A DNA stretch of 64,000 nucleotides from Octopus vulgaris (Eukaryota). Positions 1 to 10,429 of the stretch are shown here, one piece after another. The translations under genes and the position numbers were made by a program. The notes below the pieces were generated by a model. It was given only the letters and a program-made list of their open reading frames with translations. It was not told the DNA's origin and did no database searches. The stretch lies in NCBI GenBank assembly GCA_951406725.2, contig OX597837.1, positions 682,001 to 746,000 of the forward strand. The letters run 5' to 3'. Numbering within the stretch: the first letter of the stretch is position 1; each line of letters begins with the position of its first letter.

Positions 1-243
1 ATATATATATATGTATATATATATATGCATATATACATATATATATATATATATATATGTATATTATAGAGGCATAAATGTACACATATAATATGCCCTA
101 TACAATATAGATATAATTAATTTGTTCAAAAAGAAAAAAATTATTTTCGGATTTCTTTTCTTTTATGAGGTTTTCACGCTAGCTACCCGGATAATTTCTT
201 GTTAAGATCCCTTATTAAGAGATTATCCTTAATTATTAAACTT

Positions 244-358
244 ATATATGTATATACATATATACATATATATATATATATGCATATATATATATATATG
301 CATATATATATATATGCATATATACATATATATATATATATATGCATATATCTATATA

Positions 359-390
<32 letters not shown>

Positions 391-396
391 CACACA

Positions 397-436
<40 letters not shown>

Positions 437-503
437 TCTATATATATATATATAGATATACATATATATATATATATATAGATATATATATATATATATA
501 TAT

Positions 504-544
<41 letters not shown>

Positions 545-596
545 TATAGATATGCATATATCTATATATATATATGCATCTATATATATATATGCA

Positions 597-638
<42 letters not shown>

Positions 639-679
639 TATATATGCATATATATATATGCATATATATATATATATGC

Positions 680-712
<33 letters not shown>

Positions 713-986
713 TGCATATATATGCATATATATATGCATATATATGCATATATATATATATATATATGCATATATATATATGCATATATACATATATATA
801 TATATATATGCATATATACATATATATATATATACATATATACATATATATATATGCATATATATATATGCATATATATATATATATATATATGCATATA
901 TATATATGCATATATATATATATATACATATATATATATGCATATATATATATATATATGCATATATATATATATGCATATATATA
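244..986. repeat. (TA)n microsatellite with interspersed TGCA/TACA variants
   Basis: Alternating TA tract read directly; the overlapping YI-rich ORFs are translation artefacts. Confidence 0.97.
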
Positions 987-1738
987 TAACCTTTGCATTT
1001 GATTTTTTAATGTCTTTACCCCCATACTTTCGTGAGTTGAATTGAGCAAACACTATATGAGAGAGATTTTCTTTAATTATTAGAAATAGTTTAAAAAAAG
1101 TTTTTTTAGCTTACTATTTCTAATGAGTTCAGTATGTCAGCAAAGTAATTTATTTTACTAAGCCCTTTTATATAATGTAATAATTTGAATTCGCCTTAAA
1201 TGGTCCCTTTACATACTGAACACTTGGTGAAATTGATTAATAATTAATTAATTAATTTTACCCTCAATTGTTGAAATTATAATTCATCTCTCTCTATTTA
1301 ATGTTTCGGATTTACCGAAAAAGCATAATGTTTGCTGATTTTAACCCACGCTGGTGGAAAGGAGAGCAGAAATTCTTCGCTTGCATATTTTGGGTGTGCT
1401 GGCACTGTTAGTTTCGAGCAGATCTTCAGAAGCGATAAGAAGCCGAAAGGGTATGCTCCCACTTTCAGTGTTTTCAAATCCAAACCAAGGAGTTCTGAGC
1501 TGATGATAGAAATGTCGAGTTTGACTAATCTTGAAACGTACGTTCTCAAATAACCTTTGCATTTGATTTTTTAATGTCTTTACCCCAATACTTTCGTGAG
1601 TTGAATTGAGCAAACACTATATGAGAGAGATTTTCTTTAAGTATTAGAAATAGTTTAAAAAAAGTTTTTTTAGCTACTATTTCTAATGAGTTCAGTATGT
1701 GGCAAAGTAATTTATTTTACTAAGCCCTTTTATATAAT
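987..1738 (+). mobile_element. Non-coding HHR-bearing repeat, about 1.33 tandem units of ~564 bp (retrozyme / Penelope pseudo-LTR-like)
   Basis: 987-1175 is repeated near-identically at 1551-1738; an HHR motif lies at 1496-1548; (TA)n flanks both sides. Confidence 0.7.
1496..1548 (+). ncRNA. Type I hammerhead ribozyme motif
   Basis: TGAG-CTGATGA-[T AGA..GTCGA gt TTGAC..TCT T]-GAA-ACGTACGT-T-CTCA: stem I TGAG/CTCA, intact core, palindromic stem III, GUU cleavage triplet. Confidence 0.8.
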
Positions 1739-1743
1739 ATATA

Positions 1744-1795
<52 letters not shown>

Positions 1796-2002
1796 TATAT
1801 ATACATATATATATATATGCATATATATGCATATATATATATATATATATATATGCATATATATGCATATATATATATATGCATATATATATATATATAT
1901 GCATATATATATATATATAGGCATATACATATATACTATTTTACTTGTGTGCGTGTGTGTGTGTGTGTGTGTGAATATGTGTAATTTCTCCTGCAATCAC
2001 TT

Positions 2003-2127
2003 CACAACCGGATGCTGGTGGTTTTATGTCCCCGTAACTTGGCGGTTCGGCCAAGGACACCGATAGAAAAAGTACATGGCTTACAAAGAATAAATCCTGG
2101 GGTCGATTTCTTCGACTAAAGCGCTTT
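2003..2127 (+). mobile_element. 3' part of long octopus-type SINE
   Basis: GTCCCCGTAACTTGGCGGTTCGG...GCTTACAAAGAATAAATCCTGGGGTCGATTT matches the 3' half of the full copy at 55543-55947. Confidence 0.85.
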
Positions 2128-3476
2128 AAAACGTTATGTTCCGTCTGCCAACACGCAACAAGGTGTTGGCGATGGTATGATCATGCAGAGGCACAATGCC
2201 CTCAGGGAGGAGCTGCCCGTTGTTGCACTTTCCGATTCCTTGCTTTACCCAGTACGCGATGCCAGGCTTGGTGGTCAGTCCCGACACGGGCGTTAAAGTG
2301 CCCAAGGAGGATAGCTTCCCAGGCTGGGCTGACGTGATGAGGGAGTCGAGTTCCTCATAGAACCTGTCCTTAACTTCTTCAGGGTTGGTCATGGTGGGAG
2401 CGTAATGGTCGCACTAGTCTTGTTTCCAAGTGGGAGCTGCATCTTCATCAGCCGATCGTTGATACCCTCGGGGGAGCTTTCCAGTTTCCGCACGTGTACT
2501 GACTTGATGGCAGCCTCACCAGCCTCACGACGCTCTTCGCTGCTGCGACCACTCCAAAAGAAAGTGTAGCCGCCGCCTGTCTCTGTCAGCTGGCCTTTTT
2601 TGTCCGCAAGGCGGGTCCCGCTCAGTGCTGCGATATCGACATTGTATCGGCTCAGTTCTCTGGCCATCAGGGCAGTTCGTCTCTCTGGTCTGTCCGCTTT
2701 TGTGTTGTCAAGCAGAGTTCTCACGTTCCAAGTTGCGAAAGGTGAGCAACTTTGTTTGTTTTCTTTCTTTGTTTCGACCGCTTGGAAAGGATTCCCGCCA
2801 GCCGCGGTTTGCTGACCAGGGTGAGGTGCGAGCGGGCTATGCCTATAGGGCAACCTTTTCTAGCCCCGTCCTCATGCTGCGGAGGCGAGCAGAACGATCC
2901 TGAAGAGGGCTGTTCGGTCACTCAGGAGGCTGCCGGACTCCACTGCTGCCTCAGTTCAGTGAGGGGCGACCACATGTCCTGCGCCGCCTGTGTGTGGGTT
3001 CACGACTGCAGCTACCAGTGTATCCTCACCTGCTACTTCACCGTTTCCCCATCGCCACAGGACTTTGTGATGTTGGTGTCATGATGTCATGACGTGCGCG
3101 TGACTTGGATTATAGTGAGGGTGACTTGCACAGGATCAGCCTCACTCTCTCGTCCTGGTGCGCCGGATCCGGTGGCAAGACAAAGTCAAGACGGTTGAGA
3201 ATAGACCAGGGATGCATGAGCTGCCGGAAGGTGGCATGCACGGCGCAATCCAACCGCATTAGAGGCTCCACTCCGGATTTTGGATGGCTATTGACTCATG
3301 AGAGAGTTCCTCTGCCATTTGACAGGTTTTCTTTTTAGTCCTGCTGGGTGTCCAAATCAACCTCTTCACCAAGAAATCTTGGTGGGGTGCCAGTTTAGTC
3401 GCCAACGACCCGACCACATGTGTCATCAGGTTGTACTGGGTTACATGTTACCAGTAGCTCCAAAGCGGAGACCTGC

Positions 3477-3478
<2 letters not shown>
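2126..3478 (-). mobile_element. RTE-clade LINE 5' portion: 5' UTR plus frameshifted APE endonuclease
   Basis: ORFs 2389..2853 (ATWNVRTLLD..RPERRTAL.ARELSRYNVDIAALS..GGYTFFWSG) and 2126..2392 (MTNPEEVKDRFYEEL) are RTE endonuclease motifs; no RT region present. Confidence 0.9.
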
Positions 3479-3532
<54 letters not shown>

Positions 3533-3599
3533 GAGGCGTGTATTTCTATATCGGGCGATAGACAGGTGTCTCTGGCATAAACACATCGCTGAAATGACC

Positions 3600-3699
3600 N
3601 NNNNNNNNNNNNNNNNNNNNNNNNNNNNNNNNNNNNNNNNNNNNNNNNNNNNNNNNNNNNNNNNNNNNNNNNNNNNNNNNNNNNNNNNNNNNNNNNNNN
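3600..3699. other. Assembly gap (100 N)
   Basis: Run of N. Confidence 0.99.
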
Positions 3700-3871
3700 G
3701 AAATGACCAGCGTTAGTGTTTCATTAATGTAGGCATTAAACTATTTACTACTAATATACACAAACCGATCAATGAACAACGGAAAGACACGAAAGAGGAC
3801 TGAAAAAATCTACACGTCTTGCATAAAAACGTAATTATATATGTATGTGTGTGCGTATGTATGTATTTATA

Positions 3872-3919
<48 letters not shown>

Positions 3920-4013
3920 AATATATATACGCACACATACATATGCAGAAAAAAACAGGAAAGTGAAAACAGAAAAATATATTGCAGAAAATGAAAATGA
4001 AGAAAAAAGATAT

Positions 4014-4075
<62 letters not shown>

Positions 4076-4744
4076 GGAGAGAAAGAGTGAATTGCTGAGC
4101 AAGAGAATGGTGTGATGTGCAAGGCTCCTGGAGAGGGTCTCATGTTTGACTAATGGAGTGTAACATCGACATAATTGTTATGTCTACTTCAGCTGGTCTC
4201 TGTATTGTTTATACACATATGCACACAAAAGCACACATATACATAAACGCAAGCACACACGCACGCAAATACACACAAACACTCTAATATACACATGAAT
4301 TCACATATATTCCCACGTTCAGACATAGGCGCACATAAGAAGACTGATTCCTTGTTCTACATCCGTTTCAGCTGATTGCAACTGAAACAGAATGGTTCGT
4401 AAGTCTGTTGATAAAAGCTGTAGAATAATGTGGAACTGGATATTATATTTGAGAGTCATAAGACTTGTCACCCAGCCTCATGCTCCCGGTGGCTGAAATG
4501 GAAACGGCGTTGCCCTAGAAGATCGAGTGAGAAACGCTCTGGTACAGCCACACCGATCCACTGGGTGCATACCGACGGGTCGTGAGCAGAGATGTAGTCC
4601 AGGCTCAAGAACGCCTGCTCCCTCCAAAGCCTTGACGATTTTCTAGGTGTGCTTTAAATATATATACATATAAATGCAAACATGTACACGCATAGATACT
4701 CATACCTATATATTTGCATTTCATTTATCCATAATATACGTAAG

Positions 4745-4807
<63 letters not shown>

Positions 4808-4962
4808 AGGTCCCGGGTTGAGTCGGGGTTAACCACAGTAAATAAGGTACTCAATACATAGCAGAGTTAAGTAATTTATTTTATAGAAGGAGCTTCTACA
4901 GGACTAGAACTGTTTCATGAATGAAACAGTTCTAGTCCTGTAAACTCCTTCTATAAAATAAA
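4808..4962. repeat. Penelope-like terminal fragment with foldback hairpin (4875-4962)
   Basis: TTTATTTTATAGAAGGAGCTTCTACAGGACTAGAACTGTTTCAT / ATGAAACAGTTCTAGTCCTGTAAACTCCTTCTATAAAATAAA inverted arms between microsatellites. Confidence 0.65.
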
Positions 4963-5023
4963 AATATATATATATATATATATATATATACAAACGTACA
5001 TATGTATATGTACACATATATAC

Positions 5024-6713
5024 CGTCAGAAATTAATTAGCACCCTTGATTTTCTCTTCACTCAAGGTATTTGCTGTCACCTAGTGGCCATATCTCGAAC
5101 TATTGCTTTGTTGTGAGTTCACTGTTGCGCAGAACGATGACGTAACTTTGTTTGCAGAGCAGTTTGAGAGTCTACAGCCTAATGATGTTGACATAGCAGT
5201 GCAACAACAACTTGGAGTGCGGATGCAGACAAATCTTCCTTTGTTTAATAGATATAGGTAGCGCCTCGCAAGGACCGAAATCACACCGTACTAAGTTTTC
5301 TCATCGCGTAAGACGTTTTGAACAGCTCGTAGGTTAATTGATTTGTGTATTTGCAAGATTTTTTTTCTCACAAATTCTCCTACACTCTGCTTGATGACGT
5401 CACTTCTGGTTCACAAAACTTTCTGTTATACATCAAATAAGGTGAGAAATTCTGCTTTCTTTCTTTTTTTGTTTAATGAATAATAACTCATAGCAGTTTT
5501 GTTATAGCATAACATTATTCAAATGAATAGTTTTAATGAAAATAACTGGTTTTTATCGTTCATTCCTAGATGGGCCCAAGACCTCGCATGACCTTGGAGA
5601 GACGGTACGAGGCTCTCTCGTGGCGTGGGAAGCTGTCGGAGGCTGCAATAGCCAGAAAACTTGGTGTAACCAGGCGCACAATTCAGTGCTTATTTAAGAA
5701 ATACGAGGAAACCGGATCAGCAGCTGACAAAAAGGGTAGGGGACGGAAGAGGCTGACGACCCAGCGGGAGAACCGGGTGCTGATCCAAAAGTCGCTGTAC
5801 AACCGAAGGGCAACGAGCCGGCAACTGGCGGAGGAGATGCAAAAGATGACAGGGAAGCAGTTGTCTACAACCATCGTCAAGACCAGATTACTGGAAGCTG
5901 GTCTAAAATCCTGTAGGGCCGCCCATAAGCCGCTCCTTACAGCCCAAAACTGGAAGAGGCGGCTGCTCTGGGCCCGTGCCCACAAGACATGGACCGTGCA
6001 GCAGTGGTGGACAGTGATGTTCACTGACGAGTCGCGATTCAGTCTCGTCAGTGACAAGCCTGTCCATGTGCGACGCCGCAGGGGTGAGCGCTTCAACAAA
6101 GACTGCATTGCTCTCACCATGAAGCAAGGTGGGGGTGGTCTGATGGTGTGAGGGGCGTTCAGCTACAGTGGTGTTGGGCGGCTCTATGCCGTCGAAGGCT
6201 ACATCAACGCAGCAAAGTACGTTGAGATAGTACGGGATACCTCTTTGGTGGCGAGGAGTACGTGCTCCAGCAGGACAACGTGCCTTCCCACACAGCCAAG
6301 CTCACAACCGGTTTCTTCAAGGACCATGGGGTGACGGTCATGGACTGGCCTGGCCAGTCACCTGACCTGGCCAGTCACCTGACCTGGCCAGTCACCTGAC
6401 CTGGCCAGTCACCTGACCTGAACCGACACAAGCTGTTTGGGGCACTTCTTGCTGCATGGAGGGCCATCCCTGCACAGTACCTGCAGGCACTCATAGACAG
6501 CATGCCGACCCGCGTAGCAGCTGTCATTGCTGCCAAAGGAGGAGCAACAAGATATTGACTAAATTTCACGATTAATAACAATTATGTGGTGTGCTGGGAT
6601 ATGTTTTAATAAATTTTTGATTATAAACGATTTCGTTTCTGATAATAAGTTAATTAAATTAAGAAAATGTAAGAAAATGTAGAAATTTGAGAAGTGCTAA
6701 TTAATTTCCGACG
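5024..6713 (+). mobile_element. Tc1-family DNA transposon, near full length, defective
   Basis: TIR core CGTCAGAAATTAATTAGCAC (5024-5043) versus GTGCTAATTAATTTCCGACG (6694-6713); set in TA tracts; encloses a transposase. Confidence 0.92.
5570..6559 (+). pseudogene. Tc1 transposase pseudogene
   Basis: HTH (IARKLGV), GRGRK motif, KPLLT..RLLWA, VMFTDESRF, GGGLMV*G (TGA at a Trp codon), QQDN, WPGQSPDL, LIDSMPTRVAAVIAAKGGATRY; carries stop, frameshift and deletion. Confidence 0.92.
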
Positions 6714-6741
6714 CCAGGTGTATATATACATATGTATAAGC

Positions 6742-6789
<48 letters not shown>

Positions 6790-6942
6790 CAATTTAGCTA
6801 GGTGTTAAATTTATGAGATGTGTCATTTGTTTGTATAAAATAATAAAGTTGAACTGAATTTATCATTTAATTATTAAATTATTAAATTTTTTAATTTATT
6901 GTTTTGGTTTCCATTTCCATTTCTAATTTATATATATATATA

Positions 6943-7100
6943 GTTGAAATTTATAGAAAAACAAAAGACGAAGACTAGCGTATGAACAGCATGTAGGTGT
7001 ATTAGTTTGACCCTCGGAAAAAATGAAAAAGTCTTTTACGTTTCGGGCCTACGCTCTTCAACAGAAGAGAAAATAAACACAATGAAAATAAAAACTTTAT
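6943..7100 (-). repeat. Penelope-like terminal repeat with HHR-like motif (CTGTTGA core)
   Basis: Minus strand CTGTTGAAGAGCGTAGGCCCGAAACGTAAAAGAC; a homologous copy lies at 62321-62430 (+). Confidence 0.55.
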
Positions 7101-7138
7101 ATTTCAGTGGTCCAGCTCTACACACACACGTACACACG

Positions 7139-7189
<51 letters not shown>

Positions 7190-7678
7190 ACGCACACACA
7201 CACACATTCACACATACACACTAGCAGTTGCACATGGCGTTGCTCGTGTTTTCCTTGTTGAAGTCAAGTCTACGTCCGACTTTGTATTGAATAAGCATTT
7301 CCTTAAAGACTATTCTATCGATTTTGTTGAAATTTTATACGTGCAAACATGCAAAAGCTGGAGGAAAAATAACATCGCTATGGGAATTTCCATTCAAACG
7401 CTCGATTGAGCTCACAAACATCGATTCCAACTGAGCATTATCGAGTTTTCGAAAAATTCCGGCCTTATTTGAACTTCAGGGCATGTGATCTACCTAAGTG
7501 CTAAAAGTCATTAAAAGCGGTTGGACGCTGTGGGAGGAGTTAGATAACCCCCCTCATACACACACACACTGTTACACATTTATATATATATATATGTGAA
7601 GCAGGTGTACAAGAAGTACGGCCACTACTTTATTTTTGTTGAATATTAATATTATTTTAATTGTATTTATATTTTTAA

Positions 7679-7892
7679 GGCGGCGAGCTGGTACAAATGT
7701 TAGCATTCCGGGCGAAATGCTTAGCGGTATTTCGTCTGTCTTTACGTTCTGAATTTAAATTCAGCTCAGGGCGACTTTGCCTTTCATCCTTCCGGAGTCG
7801 ATGACTTAAGTACCAGTTGCGTACTGGGGTCAATCTGATCGACTGTTCCCTCCCCCAAAATTTCAGGCCTTGCACCTAGAGTTGAAAAGGAT
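7679..7892 (+). mobile_element. Short tRNA-derived octopus-type SINE
   Basis: GGCGGCGAGCTGG...GAAATGCTTAGCGGTATTTCG...GACTTTGCCTTTCATCC...AAGTACCAGTTGCGTACTGGGGTC; multiple copies in the window. Confidence 0.9.
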
Positions 7893-8270
7893 AACATATT
7901 TTCGTGTGTGCGTATGTATATGTATATATATATACATCCAAGAGTGTGTACGGCTATATATATACTCGTTCATATATATTTATATACAATTTGATAACAG
8001 CTTACACAAACTATGATTCGCAACTAAATGCTATGCTCACGTATGCCTGCATATATCCCTACATACAAATATGCATATATTCTTTCTCCATTATTAATGA
8101 AAATTAAGACATTGTCAGGAATGTTTGCACAAACTCACCAACGTTTCTGTATATGTAGTCGGAAATTCAGTATCTTTACACACATTTCTACGCTTACAAC
8201 TAAGCACATACTTGTGTATCATACATAAATTCTAGCTAGTTTATCTATCTATCTACCTATCCATCTGTCT

Positions 8271-8392
8271 ACCAGAGTAAGCACATAAATGTGAAATAAG
8301 GTGGGAAAAACTAGTACTCGAATACCGGAGGTAGAGTAATATTATTAATAACGCTGCAAACACATCACAAAAACTCTGTTGTCTTTGCAGCT
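8271..8392 (-). repeat. Penelope-like 3' tail fragment
   Basis: Reverse complement aligns with 48330-48440 (ATATTACTCTACC.C.GGTATT.GAGTACT..TTTTCC.ACCTT.TTTCACATTTATG). Confidence 0.55.
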
Positions 8393-8403
8393 TTATGAAT
8401 AAA

Positions 8404-8445
<42 letters not shown>

Positions 8446-8448
<3 letters not shown>

Positions 8449-8669
8449 AGCTGGCAGAAACGTTAGCACGCCGGGCGAAATGCGTTGTCGTATTTCGTCT
8501 GCCGTTACGTTTCGAGTTCAAATTCCGCCGAGGTCGACTTTGCCTTTCATTTTTTCGGGGTCGATAAATTAAGTACCAGTTACGCACTGGGGTCGATGTA
8601 ATCGACTGAATCCCTTTGTCTGTCCTTGTTTGTCTCCTCTGTGTGTAGCCCCTTGTGGGTAGTAAAGAA

Positions 8670-8671
<2 letters not shown>
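8446..8671 (+). mobile_element. Short tRNA-derived SINE (same family as 7679)
   Basis: GCGAGCTGGCAGAAACGTTAGCACGCCGGGCGAAATGC...GAGTTCAAATTCCGCCGAGGTCGACTTTGCC with a B-box-like GTTCAAATTCC. Confidence 0.92.
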
Positions 8672-8703
<32 letters not shown>

Positions 8704-8829
8704 CAACATCACAATCAAGGAACGGCCATAATAGGCCATTCACCCACTAGAAATAACAGCCAAAGCTTCAACCGCAAAATAACATTAATTCCGCAAACCA
8801 GGAGAAAATTAAAAAACATTTACCCTGTA

Positions 8830-8936
8830 ATTTCTTATACGATGCACCGTTTCATCTACTGTTTAATGGTAAACTAACCTGATTAAATTAAATCAAGCCA
8901 ATCTTCCATAGGCCCTTAGATTCGTCAGTAAGAAAT
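8830..8936 (-). ncRNA. Type I hammerhead ribozyme motif with extended stem II
   Basis: ATTTCTTA-CTGACGA-ATCTA...TAGAT-GAA-ACGGTGCATCGT-A-TAAGAAAT: 8 bp stem I, intact core, quasi-palindromic stem III, GUA triplet. Confidence 0.82.
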
Positions 8937-9405
8937 AGCCAGATCGGAACAGATATTTTCACGAGGCATTTCTGTCCCTGCCTCGGCAATATCTGACCTA
9001 AAATTTTCAAATCATCGCACTCGCGCCAAATTTATCGGCAGCAAATAAATATAAGCCGCCGATTCCATTACGGAATCAACCAGAAAATTCATAATTAATC
9101 AATATAGGGTGGCAAAAAAAATTTTGTAGAATTTTTTTGCCACCAGCGGCCTAGTGGGAAAAAATTAAATAAATTAATTTTTTCCCACTAGGCCGCTGGT
9201 GGCAAAAAAATTCTACAAAATTTTTTTTGCCACCCTATATTGATTAATTATGAATTTTCTGGTTGATTCCGTAATGGAATCGGCGGCTTATATTTATTTG
9301 CTGCCGATAAATTTGGCGCGAGTGCGATGATTTGAAAATTTTAGGTCAGATATTGCCGAGGCAGGGACAGAAATGCCTCGTGAAAATATCTGTTCCGATC
9401 TGGCT

Positions 9406-9512
9406 ATTTCTTACTGACGTATCTAAGGGCCTATGGAAGATTGGCTTGATTTAATTTAATCAGGTTAGTTTACCATTAAACAGTAGATGAAACGGTGCAT
9501 CGTATAAGAAAT
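9406..9512 (+). ncRNA. Hammerhead motif, inverted twin of 8830-8936 with A9>U
   Basis: Same fold, but the core reads CTGACGT (position 9420). Confidence 0.7.
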
Positions 9513-10208
9513 TACAGGGTAAATGTTTTTTAATTTTCTCCTGGTTTGCGGAATTAATGTTATTTTGCGGTTGAAGCTTTGGCTGTTATTTCTAGTGGGT
9601 GAATGGCCTATTATGGCCGTTCCTTGATTGTGATGTTGAACTTATAAATGGTCTATGACTATTTAATTTTTTCCCACTAGGCCGCTGGTGGCAAAAAAAA
9701 TTCTACAAAATTTTTTTTGCCACCCTATATTGATTAAATATATATATATGTATATATATATATGCATGCGTCAGTGTTTTTGCGCGCGCGCGTATGTGTA
9801 AGGAAAAGTGATCAATGTATGTTGGTAGATATCTATAAAACACTCATTGTTAAACGGATCTGCTTAACTATATCAAATGATCGGATAGTAATGAATGTAA
9901 GTAGAATTGAGTTTGAAGGTAATTCGTCATGTATAACTAGTAAAACCAAAAATCACTGAGAAGAATTTCAAGAAATTCGGAGTATATTCCATTTCGAGTC
10001 GAGTCCATTTTGCGATTGCCTCGATAACATTGTCAGCTTATATTTTCGGATATACTCATTTCACTGGTATTTTATACTTCTTTCTCTGTATGTAAATGTG
10101 GCGATAATGTATAATATAATACTTCATGTAATTCATATTGTAATTGTCTCCATTCTTATTCTTGTAGTTTTACATGTGTGCATGTATATATATATATATA
10201 TACATAAG

Positions 10209-10429
10209 CAGGGTTGACCAGAAGTCATCCGATATTAAATAAAAATACTATCTGTAATTCTGTGCTGACTCGAATGGAGAAATATGTCGCCCAAGGACTT
10301 CAGTTTGAACAATTTTCATGATGTTTCATATTTAGATGCTTTTATTAAATTCATTCAGTTGATAAACATAAATAAATCTTGGGATAAAATGGTTTTGATT
10401 TACTGTCAGGTGACTTTTGGCCAACCCTG
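10209..10429. mobile_element. Tc1/mariner-type MITE
   Basis: Imperfect TIRs CAGGGTTGACCAGAAGTCATCCGA / TCAGGTGACTTTTGGCCAACCCTG followed by TA. Confidence 0.75.

Larger units (their letters stand above)
8703..9737. mobile_element. Head-to-head foldback plus tandem non-coding HHR element (489 bp unit)
   Basis: 8703-9170 is the near-perfect reverse complement of 9173-9639; 9661-9737 restarts the unit (period 489 bp); (TA)n on both sides. Confidence 0.85.

Noticed and set aside
6349-6416. CRISPR-like repeats
   Set aside because: Spacerless tandem 17-mers inside a eukaryotic transposase.
8821-8830. TACCCTGTAA resembling the miR-10 5' end
   Set aside because: Only 9 nt match, and it lies inside the HHR repeat with no pre-miRNA hairpin.
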